Shown here piece by piece: positions 30,424-42,279 of a stretch of 64,000 bases of DNA. The translations under genes were made by a program, and so were the position numbers. Numbering within the stretch: the first letter of the stretch is position 1; every line of letters begins with the position of its first letter. The stretch covers positions 896,001 to 960,000 of the forward strand of contig CBDCTH010000012.1 of NCBI GenBank assembly GCA_965222155.1, given 5' to 3'. Source of the stretch: Gammaproteobacteria bacterium (GTDB taxonomy: Bacteria > Pseudomonadota > Gammaproteobacteria > Eutrophobiales > Eutrophobiaceae). The notes under the pieces were generated by a model, which was not told the origin of the DNA, did not search any database, and saw only the letters and a program-made list of their open reading frames with translations.

Positions 30424-33400
30424 ATGGCAACTGTAAATGAGAGCAACTCGGCATCGTTGGATGCGGCTGCGGGCATCGCAACCAGGTACGAGATGTCCGT
30501 TGGCGATACGTTCAACGGCAACCTTGACGGCAAGCCCGATGAAGATTGGATCAGGATCGACCTGGGCAAGGGAAAAACCTATCAAATTACCCTTTCCGGT
30601 CGCGGTTCGGCTCCCGACAAGGCAGAGGACACCATCCTGAAGCTCCTCAATTCCAAGGGTGGTGTCATTGGTGAGAATGATGATATCGACACCATAAAAG
30701 GGATCTTCGATTCACAGCTGATGTTTGCCGCGAAAACCAGCGGCGTCTATTACATCAGCGCCAGCAGTTTTACGGCCAACCCGAATAAGGACAACTCCGG
30801 CGCTTACACGATAATGGTCAAAGAGATCGAGGTGGACACGCCGACTACGCCTGTGACCCCATCGACAGACACTGGCGACGCTATCAACGGCACCCCCGGC
30901 AACAACACACTGAACGGCACCAACCAGGGAGATACCCTCAACGGATTGGGCGGCAACGACACACTGAACGGGCGCGGCGGCAACGACACCCTGGATGGCG
31001 GCGCCGGCAACGATACCTTGAATGGCGGCGCCGACGCCGACGTATTGATCGGTGGCGGGGGTACTGATACCGCGTCTTACGCGGGTTCCAGCGCTGGCGT
31101 CGTGGTGCGCCTGCATTCTCTCCAGGCACAGGGTGGTGACGCTCAGGGTGACAGCTTCGGCCGTACGATCAGCCAGACCTACACCGACAAAGGCAGCTCT
31201 GTCACGGTACAAGTACCGGATATCATCCACCTGAAGGGCTCTGACGCCAACGATACGCTGGCCGGCGACGTCAGGGCCAATACTCTGCGCGGCGGACGTG
31301 GCGACGATATCTTGTTCGGCGGGCCGGGCGGCGACGCGACCAATGCTGACAAGATGTACGGCGAGGACGGTAACGACAAGATATACGGCGGACGCGGTGG
31401 TGATCACTTATACGGTGGCGCCGGCAATGACTTTTTGTATGGCGGTAACGACAATGACACCCTCAGGGGCGGCGCCGGCAATGACTTTTTGTATGGCGGC
31501 AACGACAATGACACCCTCAGGGGCGACGCCGGCAGAGACGACCTGCGCGGCGAAGCTGGCGGCGATATCCTGTATGGTGGCGACGATGATGACAAACTGT
31601 ATGGTGGCGACGGTGATGACAAACTGTATGGCGGCGACGATGATGACACCCTGTATGGCGGCGCCGGCAGGGACGACCTGAGTGGCGATGAGGGGGACGA
31701 CAACCTGGTGGGTGGCGCCGGCAGGGACGAGTTGGAAGGCGAGGAGGGCGATGACATCCTGGATGGCGGCAGCGACGATGACACCCTGGTAGGCGGCCCG
31801 GGTAAAGACACCTTCAAGTTCAGCCCCGGTAACGACGAAGACCTGATTGAAGACTTTACCCCCGGTGAGGACAAGATTGACCTGCGCGGTTTCAGCAGCA
31901 TCGATGCCATGTCGGATTTGACGATTGAACAGCAGGGAAGCAATGTCGAGATCAGCCTGCCCGGCCGCGGTGAGATTATTCTTGAAGGCATATCTGAGGG
32001 CGACCTGGAGAGGGACGACTTCATCTTCAGTGGTAGTGGCGAGGATGACGATGATGATGACACGGACGATGACGATGACGCTACCAGCGCCGGTGACTCG
32101 GATCCGGATCGCCTGCACGGCAGCGCCAGAGACGACAAACTGGACGGCAAGGCCGGCAACGACGTGTTATACGGCAGTCGTGGCGACGACGTGCTTAATG
32201 GCGGCCCCGGTGTAGACAGCTTTGAGGGCGGCCCTGGCAACGACGTGATCCAGGTCGATTATTCCGACTTCACTGATGGGAAGGCGTCCCCCAACACCGG
32301 AGACAGAATGCAGAAAGGCGTCATCGATGGTGGCGAGAGCCCCGAGGGAGACCGCGATACCCTGTCTTTTGTAAATTTTAAAGATGAGGACGGCGATGGA
32401 GTGGGAGTCAAAGTGCTATTGGATAAGGCCGCTGGCACAGTGACCTATAAAACGGACGGTACAGTAATGAATCTCTTCAAAAACATCGAGAACCTCATCG
32501 GCAGCGACTACGAAGATGTCCTGACCGGCGATGACGGCGATAACGTCATTGAAGGCGGCGGCGATGATGACAAGCTGGATGGCGGCAAGGGCACTGATAC
32601 CGTTTCCTACCGGCATTCGCCTAGCAGCGTCACGGTGACGATTAAGCGCAGTGCTGAGAGCAGCGGTTTCAAAGGTGACGCTGCCGGCGATACCCTGAAG
32701 AATTTTGAAAACATCATCGGCTCCGACTACGCCGACATACTGACCGGCGATAACGGCGATAACGTCATTGAAGGCGGCAAAGGCGGCGACACACTGGATG
32801 GCGGCGGTGCTAAGGATACCCTGTCCTACCAGGGTTCCAGCGCCGGCGTAACGATTGACCTGAACCAGGGAACCGGGGATTTTGATGCCCTGAATAATAC
32901 CATCAAGACCAGCAGCGGCGGTGACGCCGCAGGAGATAAAGTCAAATCCGGGTCCTTTACAGATATCATCGGCTCGCCCCAGCGCGATACCCTGAGCGGC
33001 GATAACAAAGACAACATGATCAGGGGCGGCGGCGGTAGTGACACGCTGAGCGGTGATAGTGGTGATGACAAGCTGATAGGTGGCCCCGGCGGAGATACCC
33101 TGAACGGTGGAACAGGGGATGATACTGCCTCCTACACAGAAGCCATGGCCGGAGTCACGCTGGACCTGAGCACAGGCAGGGGCACGGCAGGTGAGGCCGC
33201 AGGCGACCGCTGGACTATCGGCACTAATCAGGATATCGAAAAATTCGTGGGTTCAGGTCACGACGATAAGTTCATCGCCGGAAAGGATGTAGACGATATA
33301 GTCGGCGGCGACGGCAACGACACCGTATCCTACGAGAAATCCAGAAAAAGTGTCGAGGTGGGCTTGACTGATACGGATGCGCAGGCGCAGGGTGCCACAG

Positions 33401-35985
33401 GTTCTTTTGACAATGAGGACAACTACGCCAGAGGGGACATCCTGATCGGTATCGAAAATATCATCGGCTCCAACGTCAGTTCCGGCGCCGCCGACGCGTC
33501 CCATGATAAGCTGACCGGTAACGGCGCTGCCAACGTCATCGAAGGGCGCGGCGGCAATGACACGCTGAACGGTGGTGACGGCGCTGACACGCTGGACGGC
33601 GGCAGCGGCAATGACACGCTGGACGGTGGCGCTGACGCTGACATACTGATTGGCGGGCGCGGCGCCGATACGCTGACCGGCAATGGTGGCGCTGATACCT
33701 TCAAGTTTACCTCCGGGGATGGCAAGGACACGATCTCAGACTTCAGTTCTGGTACTGATAAGATTGATCTGAGCGCATACAGGAGCCTGCACTTTGTGAC
33801 TGAGAAATCAGACAATGTGAATACCATTGACCTGCCAGGCAGCGCTGAGATCATACTGACTGGTGTCAACGTAGCCAACCTGGCGGCAGGTGACATCATC
33901 TTCTACAACCGCGACGCCGACAATACCTTGCGCGGCGATAGCAAGGGTAACAGGATCTGGGGCGGTAAAGGCAATGACCGGATATCCGGTTCAGGGGGTA
34001 ACGATATCTTGGAAGGTGGCGAAGGCAATGACAACCTGAAAGGCGATGCCGGTGTTGACAAACTGAAGGGCGACGCTGGAGATGATACTCTGGAAGGCGG
34101 TGCCGACGCAGATAACCTGCACGGCGGAGTCGGCACGGATACCTTGTCTTATGAAGGGTCGCCCAGAGGTAATACCACAAGTGAAAATTCAAATCCACGC
34201 ACGGGTGTCACGGTAACGCTGAATTCTAATCCTAATTCTGGTGACAACACAGGAACCCATGCAGATGGGGATACTATTAGTGGCTTTGAGAACGTCACCG
34301 GCAGCCGCTACGATGATATGCTGACCGGTGACGCCACCGCCAACGTCATCAAGGGCGGCAGCGGCAATGACACGCTGGACGGGGGCGGTGGCAATGACAC
34401 TCTGGAGGGCGGCGCCGGCAATGACATCCTGAGGGGTAGCAGTGATACTGATACCTTGTCCTATGAGAGCTCCAGTTCCAGCGTGCGTATTGACCTGAGC
34501 GAGGGAGCTACGACAACAGATGGTGTCATCTACATCAAGACCAGCAGCGGCGGTCACGCCACGGGTGATAAAGTGACTCATGGCCACTTCGTGAATATCA
34601 TCGGCTCCCGCAGCGGCGACACCTTGACCGGTAATGATTCCCGCAACACACTCGACGGGCGCGCCGGCAATGACACACTGACCGGGGGCGTCGGCAATGA
34701 TACCCTGAAAGGCGGCACCGGGACAGACACGCTGGACGGGGGTAAAGACGATGATATCCTGCAAGGCGACGCCGGCAATGACACGCTGGGCGGGGGCGAA
34801 GGCAATGACACGCTGGACGGGGGCGCCGGCGCTGATAAGTTAGACGGTGGCGCGGGGACTGATATTGCCTCCTACGCCAGCGCAACGGAGGGCGTCACGG
34901 TGGATCTGACAGGCGGCAGCAGGGGCCAGGGCGATGCTGCAAGAGACCGGTTTACCAGTATCGAGGAATTTGTGGGGTCTGGCCACGATGATACGTTTAT
35001 CGCCAGTAAGGATGCCGACGAGATCAATGGTGGCGAAGGTGTTGATACCGTCTCCTACGAGTTATCGAAAGAAGGCGTTAGAGTAAATCTGGCAGTTGGA
35101 GTTGGTGAAGCCGATGATGCTGAAGGCGCACCTCTTAATATCCCTGAAGGTAGTTACGCTGCGGGAGACGAGTTTAAGAGCATTGAGAACGTCACCGGGT
35201 CCGCTCACGCGGATACGCTGACTGCAGCTGCAGGCGGCAGCGTCATCAACGGTGGCAAGGGTGATGACGTGCTCAACGGCGGCACCGGCGCTGACACCTT
35301 CGTCTTTGCCTCCGGTGATGGCGAAGACGAAGTAAAAGATTTCAGCAGTAATGACAAGATTGACTTGAGCGCTTTCACCAGTATCGCATCCATGGATGAC
35401 CTTAAGGGCGAGATATCCAAAAGACGCGATGGCGCGGATACGGAAATTGACCTGCCGGGGGGCGGGGAGATCACGCTGATCGACTTCAACAAAGATTTAA
35501 CTGATGACGACTTCATCTTCTACACCAAACCTATCAGCGGCAACATCGGCGATCGCTTCAATAACGAAATTAACGGCGGCCGCGGCGCAGATACGCTGTA
35601 CGGCGAAGCCGGCAATGATACCCTGAACGGCGGCGCCGGCAACGACGAGCTATACGGCGGCGAAAACAACGACACGCTGACCGGCGGCGAGGGAGACGAC
35701 ATACTCGACGGCGGCCCCGGCGCTGACATCTTCGTCTTTACCCCCGGCAGCGGGAATGACTACATCATGGATTTCAACAGCAGGAAGGACTCTAGTAATG
35801 ACCCTGATAGTGTTGACAAGATAGACCTAAGTGCTTTTGACATCGACAACTTGGGCAATATATCCAGCAAAATAACCACGGAAGGTGATAATGCTGTGAT
35901 TGACCTGACTGAAGATGGCGGAGGCACGATTACACTCCTGGGTGTAACCGAGGAATTGATTCCCAACGACTTTATTTTTTCCTAA
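30424..35985 (+). CDS. Large RTX (hemolysin-type Ca-binding) repeat protein, probable type I secretion substrate
   Basis: Many GGxGxDxLx nonapeptides, DTxSY..GVTVDL..ENxxGS blocks, a PPC-like N-terminal domain, no signal peptide and a C-terminal DFIF motif. Confidence 0.9.
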   Translation: MATVNESNSASLDAAAGIATRYEMSVGDTFNGNLDGKPDEDWIRIDLGKGKTYQITLSGRGSAPDKAEDTILKLLNSKGGVIGENDDIDTIKGIFDSQLMFAAKTSGVYYISASSFTANPNKDNSGAYTIMVKEIEVDTPTTPVTPSTDTGDAINGTPGNNTLNGTNQGDTLNGLGGNDTLNGRGGNDTLDGGAGNDTLNGGADADVLIGGGGTDTASYAGSSAGVVVRLHSLQAQGGDAQGDSFGRTISQTYTDKGSSVTVQVPDIIHLKGSDANDTLAGDVRANTLRGGRGDDILFGGPGGDATNADKMYGEDGNDKIYGGRGGDHLYGGAGNDFLYGGNDNDTLRGGAGNDFLYGGNDNDTLRGDAGRDDLRGEAGGDILYGGDDDDKLYGGDGDDKLYGGDDDDTLYGGAGRDDLSGDEGDDNLVGGAGRDELEGEEGDDILDGGSDDDTLVGGPGKDTFKFSPGNDEDLIEDFTPGEDKIDLRGFSSIDAMSDLTIEQQGSNVEISLPGRGEIILEGISEGDLERDDFIFSGSGEDDDDDDTDDDDDATSAGDSDPDRLHGSARDDKLDGKAGNDVLYGSRGDDVLNGGPGVDSFEGGPGNDVIQVDYSDFTDGKASPNTGDRMQKGVIDGGESPEGDRDTLSFVNFKDEDGDGVGVKVLLDKAAGTVTYKTDGTVMNLFKNIENLIGSDYEDVLTGDDGDNVIEGGGDDDKLDGGKGTDTVSYRHSPSSVTVTIKRSAESSGFKGDAAGDTLKNFENIIGSDYADILTGDNGDNVIEGGKGGDTLDGGGAKDTLSYQGSSAGVTIDLNQGTGDFDALNNTIKTSSGGDAAGDKVKSGSFTDIIGSPQRDTLSGDNKDNMIRGGGGSDTLSGDSGDDKLIGGPGGDTLNGGTGDDTASYTEAMAGVTLDLSTGRGTAGEAAGDRWTIGTNQDIEKFVGSGHDDKFIAGKDVDDIVGGDGNDTVSYEKSRKSVEVGLTDTDAQAQGATGSFDNEDNYARGDILIGIENIIGSNVSSGAADASHDKLTGNGAANVIEGRGGNDTLNGGDGADTLDGGSGNDTLDGGADADILIGGRGADTLTGNGGADTFKFTSGDGKDTISDFSSGTDKIDLSAYRSLHFVTEKSDNVNTIDLPGSAEIILTGVNVANLAAGDIIFYNRDADNTLRGDSKGNRIWGGKGNDRISGSGGNDILEGGEGNDNLKGDAGVDKLKGDAGDDTLEGGADADNLHGGVGTDTLSYEGSPRGNTTSENSNPRTGVTVTLNSNPNSGDNTGTHADGDTISGFENVTGSRYDDMLTGDATANVIKGGSGNDTLDGGGGNDTLEGGAGNDILRGSSDTDTLSYESSSSSVRIDLSEGATTTDGVIYIKTSSGGHATGDKVTHGHFVNIIGSRSGDTLTGNDSRNTLDGRAGNDTLTGGVGNDTLKGGTGTDTLDGGKDDDILQGDAGNDTLGGGEGNDTLDGGAGADKLDGGAGTDIASYASATEGVTVDLTGGSRGQGDAARDRFTSIEEFVGSGHDDTFIASKDADEINGGEGVDTVSYELSKEGVRVNLAVGVGEADDAEGAPLNIPEGSYAAGDEFKSIENVTGSAHADTLTAAAGGSVINGGKGDDVLNGGTGADTFVFASGDGEDEVKDFSSNDKIDLSAFTSIASMDDLKGEISKRRDGADTEIDLPGGGEITLIDFNKDLTDDDFIFYTKPISGNIGDRFNNEINGGRGADTLYGEAGNDTLNGGAGNDELYGGENNDTLTGGEGDDILDGGPGADIFVFTPGSGNDYIMDFNSRKDSSNDPDSVDKIDLSAFDIDNLGNISSKITTEGDNAVIDLTEDGGGTITLLGVTEELIPNDFIFS

Positions 35986-36262
35986 GGCATATTCCAGAAC
36001 AACCCCTGGCGCCATTCTGACCTCACCGTCATTATGGCGCACCCAACATTCTGACACAGGCCGGAATCCCCCCCGTCATTCCGGCGAATGCCGGAATCCC
36101 CTCCCCCCTGTCATTCCGGCGAATGCCGGAATCTAGTAGATAACTTATCCCTTTATATAAGGAAAATTTATCAACTGGATTCCTGCCCCTGCTCAACGCC
36201 ATACAGGAGTCAAGGCAACCGCACACTTTCAGATTCTGCCTCTCAGGACAGAAAACCAGCCG

Positions 36263-37012
36263 TAACCCGGATTTCTCGCCAGGCGATGCGATGATTGCGC
36301 CGGATTTTTGATGTGTGCCCTTCAATAACTCCCGGGGACGTCCCGGGGACGGATTTCAAATCCGTCCCCTTATGCATTGTGGGCGTCCAAATCTGCTCCG
36401 GGCAAATTTGTCTGGTTGAGAGAGCATGTGCCCGCAGGCGGGAAAAATCCATCTGGAATGGATTTAGCCCGCATTTCTCACCAGTTCGCTTGTCGTCATC
36501 GGATAGTTGTTTGCTATCAATACGTTATGACGATCTTCTCACTATATCGACATAACAGACTACGCTTGATGCGCCCTCGCTTGTCTTTTTCCCGCCAGCG
36601 GGCACGTGTTCATTGCGCCCATCCCTGGGCGCAACCCTGCGGGCGGCTGTCGCCGTGCAAATTGTCTGTCCTGACAATTTGTCCCTCAACCAGAGCTACG
36701 GCTATGCTTTCGGTCGCAGGCACCCGCCGGCGGGAAAAATCCTGCGCGATCATCGCATCAACTGGTGAGAAATACGGGTTAGACACTCGCAGAGTGCCCG
36801 AAGGGGGCGCTCCAGAGCCTGCCCCCCTGCTTACAACCGCAGGGGCAAGCTCTGTATGGAGTTGAGCAGGGGGATGGAGCGCATTAAAAAAGACAAGCAA
36901 AGGCGTATCAAGCGCAGTCTGTTCGGGTGATATGCGAGGCATATTACCGTAACTTATTGACGGCAAACAAGTAGCCGATGACAACAAGCGGCCTGGTGAG
37001 AAATCCGGGGTA
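36263..37012. mobile_element. Outer MITE carrying nested insertions
   Basis: TIRs TAACCCGGATTTCTCGCCAGGC and GCCTGGTGAGAAATCCGGGGTA; interior similar to the element at 37413-37657. Confidence 0.65.
36465..36781. mobile_element. MITE nested in opposite orientation inside the outer copy
   Basis: TIRs TAGCCCGCATTTCTCACCAGTT and AACTGGTGAGAAATACGGGTTA; body is the reverse complement of 37413-37657 plus an internal insert of about 70 bp. Confidence 0.75.
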
Positions 37013-37412
37013 ACACTCAGTCCGCCATGCCGACGAATACTTTCGCCTCGTCATGCCCGCGAATGCTCCCCGCCGTCATGCCGGTGAATGCCTTTATCGA
37101 CGTTCCGGCGAATGCCGGAATCCAGTCAATTAAAGAGCCGCTGCGCGGCGCCTTGTTCTACTGGATTTCAGCCTGCCTGCTGCGGGCAGGAGCCGGCATG
37201 ACGACAGGGGCATGCGCCGGATAGAATTGATGCCCTGTCGCGTCAAATTTTTTCCATAAATGACGAGACTTCGATTTCTCGGTCAACCCTACAGGATCCT
37301 TAGAATGACAGATAAAAGGGGTCGGTGACAAATGATATTCATTCTCACCAGCCATTCCCGCTAAATCGAGGTCAATACAGAAGACAGGGGGGACAGATTT
37401 AAATCTGTCCCC

Positions 37413-37657
37413 TAGCCCGCATTTCTCACCAGTTGATGCGATGATCGCGCAGGATTTTTGCCCTCAGCGGGTGCCTGCGACCGAAAGTATAGCCGTAGCT
37501 CTGGTTGAGGGAGCACGTGCCCGCTGAGAGCAAAAAGACAAGCGAGGGCGCATCAAGCGCAGTCTGTTGTGTTGAGATAGTGAGCAGATTATCATAACGT
37601 ATTGATAGAAAACAACTATCCGATGACGACAAGCGAACTGGTGAGAAATGCGGGCTA
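37413..37657. mobile_element. 245-bp MITE with perfect 22-bp TIRs
   Basis: TAGCCCGCATTTCTCACCAGTT ... AACTGGTGAGAAATGCGGGCTA, CTAG at both ends, inserted right after a GGGGACAGATTTAAATCTGTCCCC palindrome. Confidence 0.8.
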
Positions 37658-37910
37658 GGAGTCCCGGGCATATTCTGACCATAAAGGGGCCTGTTTCCCT
37701 GGGAGGGAGGGCGTCTCGCCCTCCACGAGGGCAGGATATCCTCGGTCCCGGGAGTTAGCGGGAACTGCTGCTTTAACGGTTCAGGGGAACAGGCCAACCG
37801 CCTACTTTTATATAAATTTACTATCTCCAAACAGGCTCTCCGCCCGTCTTGCATCACGCTACCCGGCCTGCTTGCGTTTCCCCAAGGATAAAAGGGGTCG
37901 CCGACCCCCT

Positions 37911-38606
37911 TTATTCAAACACCCGGGGTGTAAAGTCCGTATCATTGATGATACAGGCACTGCTGCCGGTGGCCCGGATGACATACAACCCCTGCCGCTG
38001 TGCATACACCTCCGCGGCCTGCTCTGCCTGCAAATACGCCACTGCACCGTAGACCTGCTTGCCCCGGTACACCGGTTGATACTCCATGAACCTCCCCAGC
38101 TTGGCCAGAAACCGCTTCACGTGCTCGACGTTCAACGTGGTCTTTACCTCCACCACCACCAGTTCCGCCCCGTTCCCGGCCAGGATGTCAAACTCATAAT
38201 GCTCGCCATTGCGCCGACCCTTCACCCGGGGATAGGTGGACTCCACCCTGATGCCGCGCGCCTGCAACAGCGCCACCAGGTCCCCCTCCACCAGACTTTC
38301 CATCAGCTTGCCCCACTGCGTCGTAAACAACCCTTCCAGCTTCTTCATCCGCTTATCGATGCGCCGGTCGGTCTCCTTCATCTGCTTATCGATGCGCCGG
38401 TCGGTTTCCTTCATTTGCCGATCGGTTTCCTCCATCCGTTGTTCGATGCGGCGGTCGGTCTCCTTAAACAGTTTCCATATCTCTGCTATCTCCTGAGCAG
38501 ATTTCATCCTCTGCTGTTCTGTTTCTTCCTGCTTCTCGGAGACCTCTCGCAGGATAGCCCAGATATCTTCGGGGGTGGCGGGTGCTTGATGCAGTTTGTT
38601 TTCCAT
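37911..38606 (-). CDS. Coiled-coil + PD-(D/E)XK nuclease-like protein (DUF3782-like), copy 1, 231 aa
   Basis: ETDRQMK-type repeats; E..EFDILA..VVEVK motif; RBS AAGGAGGA. Confidence 0.85.
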   Translation of the reverse strand: MENKLHQAPATPEDIWAILREVSEKQEETEQQRMKSAQEIAEIWKLFKETDRRIEQRMEETDRQMKETDRRIDKQMKETDRRIDKRMKKLEGLFTTQWGKLMESLVEGDLVALLQARGIRVESTYPRVKGRRNGEHYEFDILAGNGAELVVVEVKTTLNVEHVKRFLAKLGRFMEYQPVYRGKQVYGAVAYLQAEQAAEVYAQRQGLYVIRATGSSACIINDTDFTPRVFE

Positions 38607-38709
38607 GATGACTTCCTCCTTTTCAGTTCAGGTAGCGTTTAAGAATAACCAGTATAACAAATTTCCTGACTTTAACGGCAGGTGCTCCCGCTAAATCGAG
38701 GTCAATACA
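38607..38709 (-). promoter_or_regulatory. Conserved leader repeated before copies 1-7 (extended -10 and RBS)
   Basis: Minus strand reads ..AAATTTGTTATACTGG..AAAAGGAGGAAGTCATCATG; TGTTATACT at 38651-38659 fits TGnTATAAT. Confidence 0.55.
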
Positions 38710-38791
38710 ATTTAAGACAAGGGGGACAGATTTAAATCTATCCCCTGGAAGTTGGGTATGCTCTGACCACAAGGGGGCCTGTTTCCCTGTT

Positions 38792-39463
38792 TCAGTCAAA
38801 CACCCGGGGCGTAAAGTCCGTATCATTGATGATACTGGCACTGCTGCCGGTGGCCCGGATGACATACAACCCCTGCCGCTGTGCATACACCTCCGCGGCC
38901 TGCTCTGCCTGCAAATACGCCACTGCACCGTAGACCTGCTTGCCCCGGTACACCGGTTGATACGCCATGAACCTCCCCAGCTTGGCCAGAAACTGCTTCA
39001 CGTGGTCGACGTTCAACGTGGTCTTCACCTCCACCACCACCAGCTCCGCCCCGTTCCCGGCCAGGATGTCAAACTCATAATGCTCGCCATTGCGCCGACC
39101 CTTCACCCGGGGATAGGTGGACTCCACCCTGATGCCGCGCGCCTGCAACAGCGCCACCAGGTCCCCCTCCACCAGACTTTCCATCAGCTTGCCCCACTGC
39201 GTTGTAAACAACCCTTCCAGCTTCTTCATCCGCTTATCGATGCGCCGGTCGGTCTCCTTCATCTGCCGATCGGTTTCCTTCATCTGCCGGTCGGTTTCCT
39301 CCATATGTTGACGAGTCTCCTTAAACAGTTTCCATATCTCTGCTATCTCCCGAGCAGATTTCATCCTCTGCTGTTCTGATTCTTCCTGTTTCTCGGAGAC
39401 CTCTCGCAGGATAGCCCAGATATCTTCGGGGGTGGCGGGTGCTCGATGTAGTTCATTTTCCAT
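38792..39463 (-). CDS. Coiled-coil + PD-(D/E)XK nuclease-like protein, copy 2, 223 aa
   Basis: As copy 1, with a different module composition. Confidence 0.85.
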   Translation of the reverse strand: MENELHRAPATPEDIWAILREVSEKQEESEQQRMKSAREIAEIWKLFKETRQHMEETDRQMKETDRQMKETDRRIDKRMKKLEGLFTTQWGKLMESLVEGDLVALLQARGIRVESTYPRVKGRRNGEHYEFDILAGNGAELVVVEVKTTLNVDHVKQFLAKLGRFMAYQPVYRGKQVYGAVAYLQAEQAAEVYAQRQGLYVIRATGSSASIINDTDFTPRVFD

Positions 39464-39648
39464 GATGACTTCCTCCTTTTCAGTTCAGGTAGCGTTTAAG
39501 AATAACCAGTATAACAAATTTCCTGACTTTAACGGCAGGTGCTCCCGCTAAATCGAGGTCAATACAATTTAAGACAAGGGGGACAGATTTAAATCTATCC
39601 CCTGGAAGTTGGGTATGCTCTGACCACAAGGGGGCCTGTTTCCCTGTT

Positions 39649-40332
39649 TCAGTCAAACACCCGGGGCGTAAAGTCCGCATCATTGATGATACAGGCACTG
39701 CTGCCGGTGGCCCGGATGACATACAACCCCTGCCGCTGTGCATACACCTCCGCGGCCTGCTCTGCCTGCAAATACGCCACTGCACCGTAGACCTGCTTGC
39801 CCCGGTACACCGGTTGATACGCCATGAACCTCCCCAGCTTGGCCAGAAACTGCTTCACGTGGTCGACGTTCAACGTGGTCTTCACCTCCACCACCACCAG
39901 CTCCGCCCCGTTCCCGGCCAGGATGTCAAACTCATAATGCTCGCCATTGCGCCGACCCTTCACCCGGGGATAGGTGGACTCCACCCTGATGCCGCGCGCC
40001 TGCAACAGCGCCACCAGGTCCCCCTCCACCAGACTTTCCATCAGCTTGCCCCACTGCGTCGTAAACAACCCTTCCAGCTTCTTCATCCGCTTATCGATGC
40101 GCCGGTCGGTCTCCTTCATCTGCCGATCGGTTTCCTTCATTTGCCGATCGGTTTCCTCCATCCGTTGTTCGATGCGGCGGTCGGTCTCCTTAAACAGTTT
40201 CCATATCTCTGCTATCTCCTGAGCAGATTTCATCCTCTGCTGTTCTGTTTCTTCCTGCTTCTCGGAGACCTCTCGCAGGATAGCCCAGATCTCTTCAGGG
40301 GTGGCGGGTTCTTGAAGCAGTTTGTTTTCCAT
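39649..40332 (-). CDS. Coiled-coil + PD-(D/E)XK nuclease-like protein, copy 3, 227 aa
   Basis: As copy 1. Confidence 0.85.
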   Translation of the reverse strand: MENKLLQEPATPEEIWAILREVSEKQEETEQQRMKSAQEIAEIWKLFKETDRRIEQRMEETDRQMKETDRQMKETDRRIDKRMKKLEGLFTTQWGKLMESLVEGDLVALLQARGIRVESTYPRVKGRRNGEHYEFDILAGNGAELVVVEVKTTLNVDHVKQFLAKLGRFMAYQPVYRGKQVYGAVAYLQAEQAAEVYAQRQGLYVIRATGSSACIINDADFTPRVFD

Positions 40333-40525
40333 GATGACTTCCTCCTTTTCAGTTCAGGTAGCGTTTAAGAATAACCAGTATAACAAATTTCCTGACTTTA
40401 ACGGCAGGTGCTCCCGCTAAATCGAGGTCAATACAGTGATTATAGTCGAATACTGGGGGACAGATTTAAATCTGTCCCCTGGAAGTTGGGTATGCTCTGA
40501 CCACAAGGGGGCCTGTTTCCCTGTT

Positions 40526-41218
40526 TCAGTCAAACACCCGGGGTGTAAAGTCCGTATCATTGATGATACAGGCACTGCTGCCGGTGGCCCGGATGACATA
40601 CAACCCCTGCCGCTGTGCATACACCTCCGCGGCCTGCTCTGCCTGCAAATACGCCACTGCACCGTAGACCTGCTTGCCCCGGTACACCGGTTGATACTCC
40701 ATGAACCTCCCCAGCTTGGCCAGAAACCGCTTCACGTGCTCGACGTTCAACGTGGTCTTCACCTCTACCACCACCAGCTCCGCCCCGTTCCCGGCCAGGA
40801 TGTCAAACTCATAATGCTCGCCATTGCGCCGACCCTTCACCCGGGGATAGGTGGACTCCACCCTGATGCCACGCGCCTGCAACAGCGCCACCAGGTCCCC
40901 CTCCACCAGACTTTCCATCAGCTTGCCCCACTGCGTTGTAAACAACCCTTCCAGCTTCTTCATCCGCTTATCGATGCGACGGTCGGTCTCCTTCATCTGC
41001 CGGTCAGTCTCCTTCATTTGCCGGTCGGTCTCCTTCATCTGCCGGTCGGTTTCCTCCATATGTTGACGAGTCTCCTTAAACAGTTTCCATATCTCTGCTA
41101 TCTCCCGAGCAGATTTCATCCTCTGCTGTTCTGTTTCTTCCTGCTTCTCGGAGACCTCTCGCAGGATAGCCCAGATATCTTCGGGGGTGGCGGGTGCTCG
41201 ATGCAGTTTATTTTCCAT
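40526..41218 (-). CDS. Coiled-coil + PD-(D/E)XK nuclease-like protein, copy 4, 230 aa
   Basis: As copy 1. Confidence 0.85.
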   Translation of the reverse strand: MENKLHRAPATPEDIWAILREVSEKQEETEQQRMKSAREIAEIWKLFKETRQHMEETDRQMKETDRQMKETDRQMKETDRRIDKRMKKLEGLFTTQWGKLMESLVEGDLVALLQARGIRVESTYPRVKGRRNGEHYEFDILAGNGAELVVVEVKTTLNVEHVKRFLAKLGRFMEYQPVYRGKQVYGAVAYLQAEQAAEVYAQRQGLYVIRATGSSACIINDTDFTPRVFD

Positions 41219-41574
41219 GATGACTTCCTCCTTTTCAGTTCAGGTAGCGTTTAAGAATAACCAGTATAACAAATTTCCTGACTTTAACGGCAGGTGCTCC
41301 CGCTAAATCGAGGTCAATACAGTAATGTTTGCCGGATTCGAAGACAGGGGGGGACAGATTTAAATCTGTCCCCTGGAAGTTGGGCATGCTCTGACCACAA
41401 GGGGGCCTGTTTCCCTGGGAGGGAGGGGTCTAACCCTCCACGAGGGCAGGATGCCCTCGATCCCGGGAGCTAGCGGGAACTGCTGTATTCTCACTTGTCA
41501 CAGGAAAAAAGGGGTCGGTAAAAAATAGGGGCCGGACCCCGTTTTCCGCAAGGTCTGTCCCCTGTTTCCCTGTT

Positions 41575-42279
41575 TCAGTCAAACACCCGGGGTGTAAAGT
41601 CCGTATCATTGATGATACAGGCACTGCTGCCGGTGGCCCGGATGACATACAACCCCTGCCGCTGTGCATACACCTCCGCGGCCTGCTCTGCCTGCAAATA
41701 CGCCACTGCACCGTAGACCTGCTTGCCCCGGTACACCGGTTGATACTCCATGAACCTCCCCAGCTTGGCCAGAAACCGCTTCACGTGCTCGACGTTCAAC
41801 GTGGTCTTCACCTCCACCACCACCAGCTCCGCCCCGTTCCCGGCCAGGATGTCAAACTCATAATGCTCGCCATTGCGCCGACCCTTCACCCGGGGATAGG
41901 TGGACTCCACCCTGATGCCACGCGCCTGCAACAGCGCCACCAGGTCCCCCTCCACCAGACTTTCCATCAGCTTGCCCCACTGCGTTGTAAACAACCCTTC
42001 CAGCTTCTTCATCCGCTTATCGATGCGCCGGTCGGTCTCCTTCATCTGCCAGTCGGTTTCCTTCATTTGCCGATCGGTCTCTTTCATTTGCCGATCTGTT
42101 TCCTCCATCCGTTGTTCGATGCGGCGGTCGGTCTCCTTAAACAGTTTCCATATCTCTGCTATCTCCCGAGCAGATTTCATCCTCTGCTGTTCTGTTTCTT
42201 CCTGCTTCTCGGAGACCTCTCGCAGGATAGCCCAGATCTCTTCAGGGGTAGCGGGTGCTCGATGCAGTTTATTTTCCAG
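41575..42279 (-). CDS. Coiled-coil + PD-(D/E)XK nuclease-like protein, copy 5, 234 aa, start codon mutated ATG>CTG
   Basis: Frame is open to the homologous start position, where the + strand reads CAG (42277-42279) instead of CAT. Confidence 0.7.
   Translation of the reverse strand: MENKLHRAPATPEEIWAILREVSEKQEETEQQRMKSAREIAEIWKLFKETDRRIEQRMEETDRQMKETDRQMKETDWQMKETDRRIDKRMKKLEGLFTTQWGKLMESLVEGDLVALLQARGIRVESTYPRVKGRRNGEHYEFDILAGNGAELVVVEVKTTLNVEHVKRFLAKLGRFMEYQPVYRGKQVYGAVAYLQAEQAAEVYAQRQGLYVIRATGSSACIINDTDFTPRVFD

Noticed and set aside
30712-35966. Ser/Pro-rich and Val/Ala-rich minus-strand ORFs
   Set aside because: Antisense products of the RTX Gly/Asp repeats.
36032-37857. Short ORFs in the MITE cluster as possible transposase fragments
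   Set aside because: No DDE or HUH motifs recognised; the sequence is explained by non-coding repeats.
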